Positions 18,469-29,800 of a stretch of DNA of 64,000 nucleotides are shown here, piece after piece. The first letter of the stretch is position 1; each line of letters opens with the position of its first letter. Position numbers and translations under genes: made by a program. The notes beneath the pieces were generated by a model that did no database searches, was not told the DNA's origin, and was given only the letters and a program-made list of their open reading frames with translations. This DNA comes from a virus, in IMG/VR virus record IMGVR_UViG_3300032323_001070, positions 1-64,000 of that record; one strand, 5' to 3'.

Positions 18469-18584
18469 TAAATATCATTAACAGAGGCAGATCAACCTTT
18501 GTTCTATTCCTGTGGTAAACCAGCATAGAGCCCCTGGGCTGAAAATTCGGTTAACGGTGAAACACCGGGTATTAAGGAGAGCTC
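18469..18584 (+). promoter_or_regulatory. Late promoter and multi-hairpin 5' leader
   Basis: TAAATA 18469-18474; stems 18480-87/18496-503, 18503-07/18525-29, agcc/ggct, cggtg/caccg; SD AAGGAG. Confidence 0.6.
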
Positions 18585-19637
18585 ATGGCTATTGGTCGCA
18601 TTTCGGGGCCGCTCTTAAAGGCGAATCTCGTCCGTGACGGGGTAGATCTGGCCTTTGAGACCGACCTACTATACTTAGATGTCAATAACTCCAGAATAGG
18701 AATTAATTCTGCTGCTCCTCAATACGCACTAGATGTAGTTGGTACTACAAGAACCACAGACCTTAGAGTCGACAATCAATTTGATATCGGTAATTTCACG
18801 ATTACTGGTAACACAATCAGCAGTGATCTAAACACAATAAATTTACAACCTTCCGGCGACGAGCCTGTAATCTATCATTCTAGATTACAGATCGACGATA
18901 TTAATTTCCAAGCCAATGTAATTTCTACACTATCTTCTAACGTAGATTTAGAAATTAGAACCAGTGGAACTGGAGACTTGGATGTATATGCTGATACTAA
19001 CATCTACGGCAGTTTATATGTAACTGGCAACATACAAGCCGGCGGCAACTTAACTATCGGCGGGGACATTACCATTGGTGATTCACCAACAGACAGCGTA
19101 GTGATCAATGCTAGGATTAACAGTGACCTAATACCCGAAACAGACAATACCTATAGTTTAGGTAATTCATCTTTCCGTTGGGCTAGCCTAACAACTAACA
19201 ATTTATTTGCCACTACTTTAAATTTACAAACATTAACAGTAGGTAACATTTCGTTATCTAACTCAACTATTACTACTACAAGTAATACAGATTTAATTTT
19301 AGATCCAAACGGCACAGGGGTTGTTAGAACAGGCAATTTCACTATCGGAACCAACACAATTAGAAATACAGTGTCGGGTGCTATCACTTTGTTCGAAGCA
19401 AGTGGTACAGGCTATTTTAAAATCACAGGAACTAATGCCTTTGTTCCTCCGAAGGGTGGTAGCGGTACTCGTCCTACTCTATACGCAGAAGAAGGCATGA
19501 CAAGATACAATACAGATTCTAAGGCATTAGAAATCTGGAACGGAACACAATGGGCTAGCCCTGCTGGTACTTCTGGAGCGGTCAGTGAAACACAAGCAGA
19601 AGATATCGCGGCAAGATTCTCATTAATATTAGGATAA
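18585..19637 (+). CDS. Putative tail fibre/virion structural protein (paralog B)
   Basis: MAIGRISGPLLKANL; colinear similarity to 17369..18454. Confidence 0.7.
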   Translation: MAIGRISGPLLKANLVRDGVDLAFETDLLYLDVNNSRIGINSAAPQYALDVVGTTRTTDLRVDNQFDIGNFTITGNTISSDLNTINLQPSGDEPVIYHSRLQIDDINFQANVISTLSSNVDLEIRTSGTGDLDVYADTNIYGSLYVTGNIQAGGNLTIGGDITIGDSPTDSVVINARINSDLIPETDNTYSLGNSSFRWASLTTNNLFATTLNLQTLTVGNISLSNSTITTTSNTDLILDPNGTGVVRTGNFTIGTNTIRNTVSGAITLFEASGTGYFKITGTNAFVPPKGGSGTRPTLYAEEGMTRYNTDSKALEIWNGTQWASPAGTSGAVSETQAEDIAARFSLILG

Positions 19638-19649
19638 GGGGTATAGAAA

Positions 19650-19979
19650 ATGCCAACCGTATTTAAACATGCAGTAACTACAGACATTGGAACAGTTCCT
19701 ATCGATGTATTGCAGATCGATGAAGGAGTCAAGTCCACAGTGATTGGATGTAACTTAGCCAACACCACAGACGATGACGTGATCGTAGATGTATTTGTAG
19801 TTGATGAAAATTCAACACAGGCATATTACGTTAGAGGTTTAATGATTCCTCCGTATAATGCTGCTAAGATCATTACAAACAGTGAAAAACTAATATTACC
19901 AGCAACTGCGGGTTTAAGAATAGTCAGCGATACCGAAAACAGTGTTGACGCTACCATAAGTTATGTTGAGATATCATAA
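19650..19979 (+). CDS. Small virion structural protein
   Basis: 109 aa, beta-rich. Confidence 0.6.
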   Translation: MPTVFKHAVTTDIGTVPIDVLQIDEGVKSTVIGCNLANTTDDDVIVDVFVVDENSTQAYYVRGLMIPPYNAAKIITNSEKLILPATAGLRIVSDTENSVDATISYVEIS

Positions 19980-19990
19980 GGAGACGTGCT

Positions 19991-20350
19991 ATGAGTAACT
20001 ATTTTTTAGGAAGATCTCCAGAAGAATTAATCGGTAATAATTTCAAATATTTCTACGCTCTAAGAAGAAATGACGAAGGCGATATTTGGTTTGCTAGAGT
20101 TAACATGTTGAGCAGAGAGGATTCTGTAACTATCAATAATCCCGGAACTGCTGAAGATAATTTTGATGGTTTCGAAGCTGGAGTGGATTTCTTTGACGGA
20201 AGAGATGCAGATACCAGAGAATTAGAATATCCAAATTTGAAGTACGAACAGTATAGATGGGATGATACCAGCATCTATTACTATATCGATGATGACGGTC
20301 AGCTGGTAGCAAGAACGCATACAAAGTACGCTTATCCGAGCGGACTATAA
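19991..20350 (+). CDS. Hypothetical virion protein
   Basis: 119 aa, aromatic/acidic; SD AAGGAG. Confidence 0.65.
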   Translation: MSNYFLGRSPEELIGNNFKYFYALRRNDEGDIWFARVNMLSREDSVTINNPGTAEDNFDGFEAGVDFFDGRDADTRELEYPNLKYEQYRWDDTSIYYYIDDDGQLVARTHTKYAYPSGL

Positions 20351-20395
20351 CTGTAAGATGTAATAAATACATATAATTGATATTTGGAGCTATAA

Positions 20396-23300
20396 ATGGC
20401 TGAGTTTAAACTAGGTAGAATTAAATTTGTATGGAAAGGTGCATGGGCAGCGAGTACAACATTCGTCAAAGATGACGTCGTAAGATATGGCGGTAAGTCA
20501 TATGTTTGCGTAGAGGGACACACCTCAGGAATCGCCGCTGGCGGCTTCGAAACTGCTCTAACAGCAGGAAGATGGAGCTTAATGACCGACGGTCAAGCAT
20601 GGAATAGTAATTGGGCCACTGGCACATACTACAAAGTCAATGACGTTGTGAGATATGGCGGACGATCATATATTGCTAACACATCGCACACATCTGCTGC
20701 TACATCAACACTGGGTCTTGAAAACGACCAATCTAAATGGGACATTTTCAATGACGGTATTGCATACGCTGGTACTTGGTCATTCCCAACACGATTTAAA
20801 GTAAACGATGTTGTGGCCTACGGTGGACAGCTTTACATTTGTACTACACATCATACCAGTTCTTCAGTATTCGCAACTGGGAATTTCGCAGTGTTTGCAA
20901 CTGGTTTACAATTTGAAGGCATATATGACAACGCAACAAGCTATCAGCCAGGCGATGTTGTTGTCTACGGCGCAAACAGCTATGTAGCGATCCAAACAAC
21001 TGTAGGTAATTTACCAACCAATCCTAGTTTTTGGTCAGCAGTAACACAGGGTGTACAATATAGATCAACTTACAGCGGTGCAACAGCCTATAGAAAAGGC
21101 GATATTGTAGCCTATGGTGGATATACCTATGCAGCCAAACAAGACACCACTGGCAATGCTCCTACCGACGCTGCAAATTGGGATCTATTAAACAAAGGTT
21201 ATACATTAATCGGTGCTTACAGCGGCGCCACAGCATACAAGCCAGGTGAATTAGTCACTTATGGTGGTAATGTCTACGCTGCAAAAACAGACACTACAGG
21301 AAATTTACCAACCAGCACAGCACAATGGGATGTATTCACCAAAGGCCTTAACTGGTTAGGAACATACAGTGCAGGTACAGCATATGCCCCAGGCGATGTT
21401 GTAAAATACGGAGCAAGAATATTCGTTAATATCCAAGCTGGCACAGGAAATCTTCCAACTAACGTCAGCTTCTGGAACGTGCTTAACGACGGTGTTCGCT
21501 CTGCAGGTACTTACGCAGACGCCACAGAATATCTAGTAGGCGATATCGTACGCTATGGCGGTAGAAGTTATATCTGTATTCTAGGCCATACATCAAACAA
21601 TGCAACTAACATAGAACCTCCAAATGCCACATACTGGCAGCTACTAGCAGCAGGTATGAATTGGAGAGGCAACTACAGTGCTGTTACAGAATATGAATTA
21701 GATGATGTTGTTAACTATGCAGGTAGTTCTTGGATCAGTATCGACAACGATAACACAGGAAATCAACCAGATGCTTCACCTTTAAGATGGGCATTGGTAG
21801 CACAGACTGGTAACTTATCACCAATCCTAACTACCACAGGTGATACTTTCCGTTACGGTGCATCAGCAGTTGAAAGATTGCCGGTTGGACAAGAAGGACA
21901 AATTCTTGTTGTAAACAACAATTTACCTCGTTGGGAAGATAACAACGAAACTAGAAACGTTTATTATGTTACACCAGAAGGCAGCAACTCTAATGATGGT
22001 TTATCATATAACAGAGCATTTGCTTCAGTTAGATATGCCTGCACACAGGTAAGAGGTGCTAACTTTACCGGCTCTATCAGCGGCACTACTTTAACTGTAA
22101 CACTGGTAACATTAGGAACATTATCAGTAGGACAGGTAGTCTACGGTACAGGTATAGCACCTGTGAGAATTGCTTCTTTTGCTAGTGGTTCTGGTTTGAC
22201 AGGAACATACAATTTAGATTCTGCAAGAACATTTTCAAGCGGCTCACTAAGATCAGCAAGACCTGCTACAATCTATATCAAGGCAGGAACATACACCGAA
22301 ACATTGCCTATCGTTGTACCAGAAAGCGTACATATCATTGGTGACGGACAGAGGAATACCACAGTCCAACCAGCCAGCGGTGTTAGTGCTGACGGTTCAA
22401 CTTTAAATACTCGTTCAACAATGTTCTTGATGAGTGATGCCAGCATGTTATCAGGTATATGCATGATAGGCATGACTGGTTTTGCGATCGGTGCAAGCCC
22501 AAGCAATATCACAACATCAACTGTTGGTGGAGTATTTGTGGCATTTAACCCTGACAGTCCAATATTAACTAAGAGCCCTTACATTACAGATTGTTCAGCT
22601 TTCTCATCAGGCGGCACTGGTGCTGTAGTTGATGGTTCATTACACTCAACTGGAAATAAATCAATGCTGTTCCATGCATTTACAAACATCAACGACAACG
22701 GTGTAGGTTTCTGGGTATCAAATGCAGGTAGAGCAGAAATTGTTTCTTGCTTTACATACTACTGCGCATTTGGTTATGCAGCATCAGAAGGCGGTCAGAT
22801 CCGTGCGTTGAATGGTAACTGCTCATACGGGGAGTATGGTGCAGCCAGCGTGGGTTTTGATCCTTCAGAAACCCCAGTAACTGCGGCGTTGTATGGTCAA
22901 GAACTTAACTATCTAATTGAAAATGGCGAGTTCGTTAGCAGCGAGATTATCACTGGACAAAGCTCAGGTGCAACAGCACGAGTATTAATCAATCAACCTT
23001 CTGCTAATAAACTGTACTTTAAACAAGTTACTGGGTCGTTTACATCTGGTGAAGTTATTACCGGCGGCAGCGGAGCAAGAGCTACGGTTAATGCGGGCAT
23101 TGGAGTAGCTGGACAGAAAGGATTTATTTTAGTAGTTGACGGACTAACAGAGGAACCAAGAGCAGGTGGATCTATCACTATCGCAGGTGATGCAGTGTCA
23201 TACGTTATCCAATCTGTGTCTGAGTATACTGCTGTTCCTGCAACTTATAAACCAGCAGGTTTCGCGATCATTGTGTTAACTAACGAAAAAGGAACTAGTT

Positions 23301-23779
23301 CGGCAGAAGACGCAGCAACTACTATCAGATACAAATATAGTAAAGTACGCTTAACAGGACACGATTTCTTAAGTATCGGAACCGGAGGCATAGCTACAAC
23401 TAATCATCCAAACGATCCGATCCAAGCTCCGTCGCAGGCTGACGAGGTTATTGAATTGTTCCCCGGACGTGTATTCTATGTATCAACAGACCAAGACGGT
23501 AACTTCCGTGTTGGCGAATATTTCCGAGTTGACCAAGCAACAGGTACTGCTACTTTGAATGCTAATGCGTTTAACTTGGCAGGTTTGAGTTCGTTACGAT
23601 TGGGTTCGATCGGTGCTCAATTAGGAGCAACGATTAACGAATTCTCAACAGATGAAACATTAAGCGGAGCGTCTAACACCGCAGTTCCGACAGAATTTGC
23701 AGTTAAGACATATGTAGACAACAAGAGTAGTGAAACATACTTGCTGAATCTTGCAACGTCAGTGGCATTCGGCGCATAA
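20396..23779 (+). CDS. Large virion adhesin: 9 CBM5/12-like repeats plus a pectin-lyase-like beta-helix
   Basis: Nine ~47-aa G.(W/Y)...T.Y..(G/N)D(V/I)V.YGG..Y repeats, then VYYVTPEGSNSNDG...AFAS...TIYIKAGTYTE.LPI.VP..V.IIGDG. Confidence 0.75.
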   Translation: MAEFKLGRIKFVWKGAWAASTTFVKDDVVRYGGKSYVCVEGHTSGIAAGGFETALTAGRWSLMTDGQAWNSNWATGTYYKVNDVVRYGGRSYIANTSHTSAATSTLGLENDQSKWDIFNDGIAYAGTWSFPTRFKVNDVVAYGGQLYICTTHHTSSSVFATGNFAVFATGLQFEGIYDNATSYQPGDVVVYGANSYVAIQTTVGNLPTNPSFWSAVTQGVQYRSTYSGATAYRKGDIVAYGGYTYAAKQDTTGNAPTDAANWDLLNKGYTLIGAYSGATAYKPGELVTYGGNVYAAKTDTTGNLPTSTAQWDVFTKGLNWLGTYSAGTAYAPGDVVKYGARIFVNIQAGTGNLPTNVSFWNVLNDGVRSAGTYADATEYLVGDIVRYGGRSYICILGHTSNNATNIEPPNATYWQLLAAGMNWRGNYSAVTEYELDDVVNYAGSSWISIDNDNTGNQPDASPLRWALVAQTGNLSPILTTTGDTFRYGASAVERLPVGQEGQILVVNNNLPRWEDNNETRNVYYVTPEGSNSNDGLSYNRAFASVRYACTQVRGANFTGSISGTTLTVTLVTLGTLSVGQVVYGTGIAPVRIASFASGSGLTGTYNLDSARTFSSGSLRSARPATIYIKAGTYTETLPIVVPESVHIIGDGQRNTTVQPASGVSADGSTLNTRSTMFLMSDASMLSGICMIGMTGFAIGASPSNITTSTVGGVFVAFNPDSPILTKSPYITDCSAFSSGGTGAVVDGSLHSTGNKSMLFHAFTNINDNGVGFWVSNAGRAEIVSCFTYYCAFGYAASEGGQIRALNGNCSYGEYGAASVGFDPSETPVTAALYGQELNYLIENGEFVSSEIITGQSSGATARVLINQPSANKLYFKQVTGSFTSGEVITGGSGARATVNAGIGVAGQKGFILVVDGLTEEPRAGGSITIAGDAVSYVIQSVSEYTAVPATYKPAGFAIIVLTNEKGTSSAEDAATTIRYKYSKVRLTGHDFLSIGTGGIATTNHPNDPIQAPSQADEVIELFPGRVFYVSTDQDGNFRVGEYFRVDQATGTATLNANAFNLAGLSSLRLGSIGAQLGATINEFSTDETLSGASNTAVPTEFAVKTYVDNKSSETYLLNLATSVAFGA

Positions 23780-23804
23780 ATAAGGACTATAGAGGAAAAA
23801 TAAG

Positions 23805-26800
23805 ATGGCAAAAGCACTCGCATTTAATTACACATTCAATCCAGCAGCCGATTCGGTGACGATTGATGGCAACATATCGATCAAACGTGTGTTGCTGATA
23901 ACCAATGTTACAGATAACATTGTTATCCAAAATTTTGCAGATCCTGCAAAGAAAATTTTAAGTCGCAGCTATGATCAGGATGCCGACGAAACTACATTCG
24001 TATTACAATACGACTGTGCTTCGATGAGCGCCAGCGACAACTTACAAATTTTCTACGAAACTGATACGATCAGATTCCAACCAGACGAAACATTTATTGA
24101 CCCTGTGTCAAAAATGCGTGTATCTCAGCCAAATACGTTGATTGATACAGACTTTGAATATGGTCTACAAGCTACTAAATGGGAAACTTTAGAGCGTTTA
24201 AATCAAGTGCCAGCTTTCCACTCTGTAACAGGCGATACTCCTCTAACAAACATTTTAGATGTTACAGTCAGTGGTACTAACATTGTATCTGTAACAACTT
24301 CTAGTCCCCATGGTTTAACTGTAGGATTTCCGATTGACGTGCGAGGCGTTGACAGTCCTACAGCCGAAGGTACATTTATCGTTAAAAGAACTGGCGATAC
24401 TACATTTACCTACGAAGCAAGAGCAGTTCAAGCAGGTACAGCAACAGCCCCAGTGAGTATTTTAACTTCATATGTGAATATTACTCCTGGTCGATTCTAT
24501 GTAGGTTCTCAAATTCCTCTAGATGACAGTGTTTCAAATACCACAGGACCGATCGTAACTAACGCAGCTAGCCCAAGTACGCTAACTGTTAAGACCAACT
24601 ATACTCACGGTATGGCTGTAAGTTCTACTTACTATCTAGTCAATACCCTAAGTAACTCAAATACAAGCTTCAGTGCTCTCAGCGTTAGTGCTGGCGGTGA
24701 CGTTGAAGATCGTTCAGCGATCAGCTTATCGACTGGTAACTTCAGCATGTACGAACCATTCCACGATGGTACTAGACGTTTTGATATTTCAGACTCTGCT
24801 GTTGACACTATCAACGAAACACTGACAATTCCAAATCACGGTATGCTCACAGGCGATATGATCGCATATGTAGGCGTTAGTTCTGGCGGCGCATCACCTC
24901 AGGTAGCTTCAGTGGTTGGCGGTAGTTATCCGATTTCAGCAGGTAACTTGCCTGCATGGGCAGCAGGCACAGGTGCAGACGGCAAAATGCTATATGTGGT
25001 AAAAATCAACAACAACACCATTAGACTAGCTACCAACCCAAGAGATGCATATAATCAAACCAACTTAATTGGATTCACTGGAACAGGTTCTGGCACATTA
25101 ACATTTGCACACTTTATACGTGGAACCGATGTTGAAGAATATATCAGCACTATCACAGCCGCATCAGGTAGTTCTGAATTAGTGGTTACACTAGTATCTG
25201 GGTTTACCAATGACATGTTAAAGATTGTTCCAGAACAACAGTTTACAATCGCTGAATCAGCAGTATCAGGATTGAACGGTGTTTATTATGTTAAAACCTC
25301 AGGTTGGGATAAAGATGCTTCGACATTTACTATAATTGGCCCAACAAATTCCTCGGCTGCGCTAGCAGCTCAGGGCGCATCACAGACCTATACCATGGTC
25401 GACACTGGCGGAAACAACACAACATCGTTTGATAGATACAATTTTTTATTAAACACAGGCATGAGAATCATCGTACACAATGGTCCAACGATAAACCACA
25501 TGCGAGTATCGATGCACGATTGGAAATCTACCACAGCTAAGTTCTTTACTAGAGAAGCTATCCAGTCTGACCAGATCTTCATTAAAAATCACGGTTTAAC
25601 TGTAGGACAACCGCTGATGTTGATTCTAGGTGGTAATACATTGTCCGGCGGCACGGCCACAGACACTACAGTTTATTTCACGAATGTGATCAACAACGAC
25701 ACAATCCAGATAATGACCACAGAAACCGGCTCAGCAGGTGCAACTGGTCCTTATTCTCCAACTGTCGGTGTTACCGCAGCAACATTTGGTACACTAACTG
25801 CTGCTACATCTTTAGCGGGCGGTATTTATTCGTTACACCCAGGATTCCAAATCGCTAACTTCACTGCGCAAGGTACATCGGGTGGTAACGGTACTGGCCG
25901 TGACAGAGCTATTGGTAAGTTTACCACTGGCCCAGGATACTTATACGAAGGTGTTCCTATAGTTATCAAGACTGCCGCTGGCGCTACACAACCAGCACCG
26001 CTCACAGCCACAGTTGATACATATACCGCATATCAAAAATACTATGTAAGAACTGTTCTTTCTGCAGATAACAGATTAGAATTTTCATTGGGGTTACAAG
26101 AAAGTGCTGGTCCACTGATTGATTTTTCCGGCGCAACCACTGTGGGCTCAGGTTTCTTTGGATTTAGAATCGATGAAAACATATACGCGAACTCGTTCTA
26201 TCTAAAAAATCACGGCGGTCTTACTACAACGCAGACAGTCGGAACCACAGGTAGTCAGGGTACATATCCGGCAGGTATCGGATTCCCAGGACCATTGTTT
26301 GATAGAATTGTTGATCCGGGTACAGGCTACGATGGATTACCAAGAGTTAGAACTACACTAACCCAGGCGACTCCTATCGCTGGTCTAACAACTGCAACAG
26401 TTTATAACATGGTGCCAATCACCAACGATATCTGGAAGGTTATGGCTTGGTCAGATACAGCTCTACCAACTGGACAACCTACAGTACAATTTACCAACAT
26501 AGCCAGCAGAACATCGACTGTGGTTTTTGCTAACTCTGCTGTGGTTAATTTGAATGCTAACAGAATTGTTATTCCGTCACAGAGACTAGGCCAACTTACA
26601 GAAAATTCTGTTGTTCGATACAGAGCACAAGGTAACTTAAACATTCCTAGTTCATACACAGGATGGCCTGGCTTGATCGACAACAATCAATATATCGTAA
26701 GAAACGTTGTATCTAGTGCGTTCTTTGAAGTAGGTTTATTTACAACTCAGTCTTATGCAGCCAACGCAACAACTATCGTTCTAAACGATGCTACAGGACT

Positions 26801-29800
26801 TGCCACTGGCGACACGCTGAGAATCACCACTTTCGGAACTACTAACCCTGTTAGAGGTGTTAATGGTCCAATCCAATGGAATGACACCAGTGGTTCATGG
26901 GGTACTAAGACTGTTGAAAACAACGAACTGTTGTTGATCACTAACTTAGTTGGTGCAACACTAACAGTTACACGTGGACACAGAAATACCACTGCGCTTC
27001 CAATCTTAGCCAACACCTATATACAGAAAGAATTTGCTTCTTTCCAATTGTTTGCCACAGAGCAGACATTGCCAAGAGCATTGAACAGCGTAGTAGGTAC
27101 TACATCAACCAACTTATACCTAGCTACTGCACACGGTCTAAGAACAGGCGATACATTGTACTGGCAGTCAGGGGCATCAGGTAACCCAGCATATGTAACT
27201 AACTTCCCTTACTATGCAGTGGTCGCAGATGCCAACAACTTCGGTGTTGCTGATACACTAACACTGTCTCAAGCTGCTGTGTTACACGACGTAAACGCAA
27301 CCACTGCCACTAGCTGGACACAATTTTACAGTTCGATTCCATTAACAGGCCTAGGTTCAAGTCCTTTGGGCAGTCATGTGCTTGAAGACACTTCTGCAAC
27401 TGGAACTATCGACGGTGGCTATACCGCAACAGCAGTATCAGCAAATACTCTACAGTTCCAAACTGCATCACAGATTCCTAATAGAACTTTCACATTCTAT
27501 CCTGAAGATTCGTTGGATCTATTAACAGGCGAATTCTTTATTAGAAATCACGGATTTACCACAGGAACCAAAGTTACCTACTCAAGAAATGCACTGACAT
27601 TTGCGATAGGTGATGGATCAGGCAATCCTGTAGCTGGATATAACAGATTAGTCAATAACACAGAATATTTTGTTATTAGAACTAGTTTAAATAGCTTCAA
27701 ATTAGCAACTTCTAGAGCTAACGCATTTGCTGGTACAGCTATTCTGCGTTATTCAAGTGCTGGTACTAGCGGTGGACACACTCTGTCAACAGCACAGGTC
27801 AGTGGTGAAAGTTTACAAGCTGGTCTAGCAACTATTATTGCACGTGATATCGTGTTTAACGGTTCTGACAATAACATAGTTGTTGCAGGTGCAGATAGAA
27901 TTATCGCAACTGGACATGGTTTTAGATCAGGCGACCGAGTAATTTATCAAGTATGGGGTGGTGGCAGACAGGTTAACGGTCTAGTTAACGGACGTCAGTA
28001 CTTTATTTCTAACTCTGTGTTTACTGGTGCACCATCAGGTGGTGCTGCCGCAGGTCAAACTGCTAACCAGTTCTCGCTACACAACACATGGGTGGGTGCT
28101 TATACTAACACTGACCGTGCTGACATTTTAGGTGTTGGTACTGGTCGAGTTCACCAGTTCAAAGTTACTAACCCAACAATGTTCGGAACAACATTCAGAG
28201 GCGAATGGTCCACAGCTGACAGCTACAGAGCGGGTGATGTTGTACTGTTTAGAAACAGCTATTACATGTCCTTAACTGGTTCAGACTTTGCCACAGGTAC
28301 TTTGGTTTTCAACTCAGGAAGACAGCCAGCAGCAGAAAGCGGAGCGATCGAAACAAACTGGATGCCTTGCCCAGTGTTACCAGCATACGGCACAACATTC
28401 TTGACACAGTATAGAGGTGGTTCAAGAGTACGTCTAAGCAACACTGTAACTAGAGTAACTAGATTCTTTGATGCAGGTTCTGCTTCGCGTGTTATTGTAG
28501 CTGACGATAGAATTAGCTTTGCACAGGCTCACGGTTTATTCAGTGGTCAAGCAGTGATCTACAGAATGGATGCTAGGGGCGGATTCCACGGAGGTACTGG
28601 TGGTACTGCATCACCTTATAGAGGAACAGGCGGCTGGGCTCCACAGACAGCTATCGGCGGCCTAACTGTTAATAGAATCTATTATGTAAACTTCTTAAGC
28701 ACTACTGATATCACATTACATACAAGTCCTCCACTAGCTGTTCGCGGTGGATCTGGCGACTCTGGTAGCTTTGACTTTGCAGTTGAATTGTCTGCTGTAG
28801 GCCAAGGCGAATTCCATAGATTTGAAGTAGTTAACAACGTTGTCTATGACCTGGAAGTATTGGCAGTTACTAACAATGCTGAAATGATTGTTACAGACCC
28901 ATATCCATCACGTTCGATCACATTCAATCCGCAAGAAACCAACGTTCACGTAAGTGGTCTAGGTATGCAGGTTGTTGATATTGTTAACAACGTGATCTAT
29001 ATTCCAAATCACGGATTAGACACTGGTGTTAAGGTTTACTACTCTGCAGGCGTTATTGGTTCAGGTACAGCGATAGGCGGTCTAACAGACGGTACTGCTT
29101 ATTTCATAATTAACTTAACTCCTGATCATATTAGATTAGCTTCTAACATCGTTAACGCTTATACAGGAGTAGAGATTGACCTTACTAACACAGGTACTGG
29201 TATTCTGCACTATCTAATCGCAGCTACAACATCTGGTTCTTCATGGATCAGATACAACGGTACAGGTGATATCAACACTGATACAACTGGTTTGATCACA
29301 AACTCTAGCCCATATTCATCACAGGTTGTTGGTAATATCAGAGACGGTGTATTGATTGGTCTGCCAATGATTGGGGTAACAGAAGTATATCCAAGACCAG
29401 ATTGTACAAACGTACACAGACCATTCGATGGCGGTGTTGAAATCAACGCAAGTCGTACACCTGGTGTAAGTATTGTTCGTCAAACACGTAAGTACTTCCG
29501 TTATCAATCTGGTAAGGGTCTACAGTACTCAACTGGTATTAACTTCAGTCCAAGCATTGAAGTCAGCAGAATCGTACACGACGGTACAGCATGGGCAACA
29601 GTAACTACACGTAAGCCACATAAACTAGTGGCCGGCAATAAGATTTTTGTTCGTGATGTTGGATTTACCACAGAGTACGAAGCTGACAAGTGTGAAAGAG
29701 ATCTAGCTTATATCATTGAAGGCGGTGCATATGACGTTGCTCTAGGCACAAACTATAATGCGATATTCTTAGGAATCGCTGAAGTTAACTCTTTAGAAAT

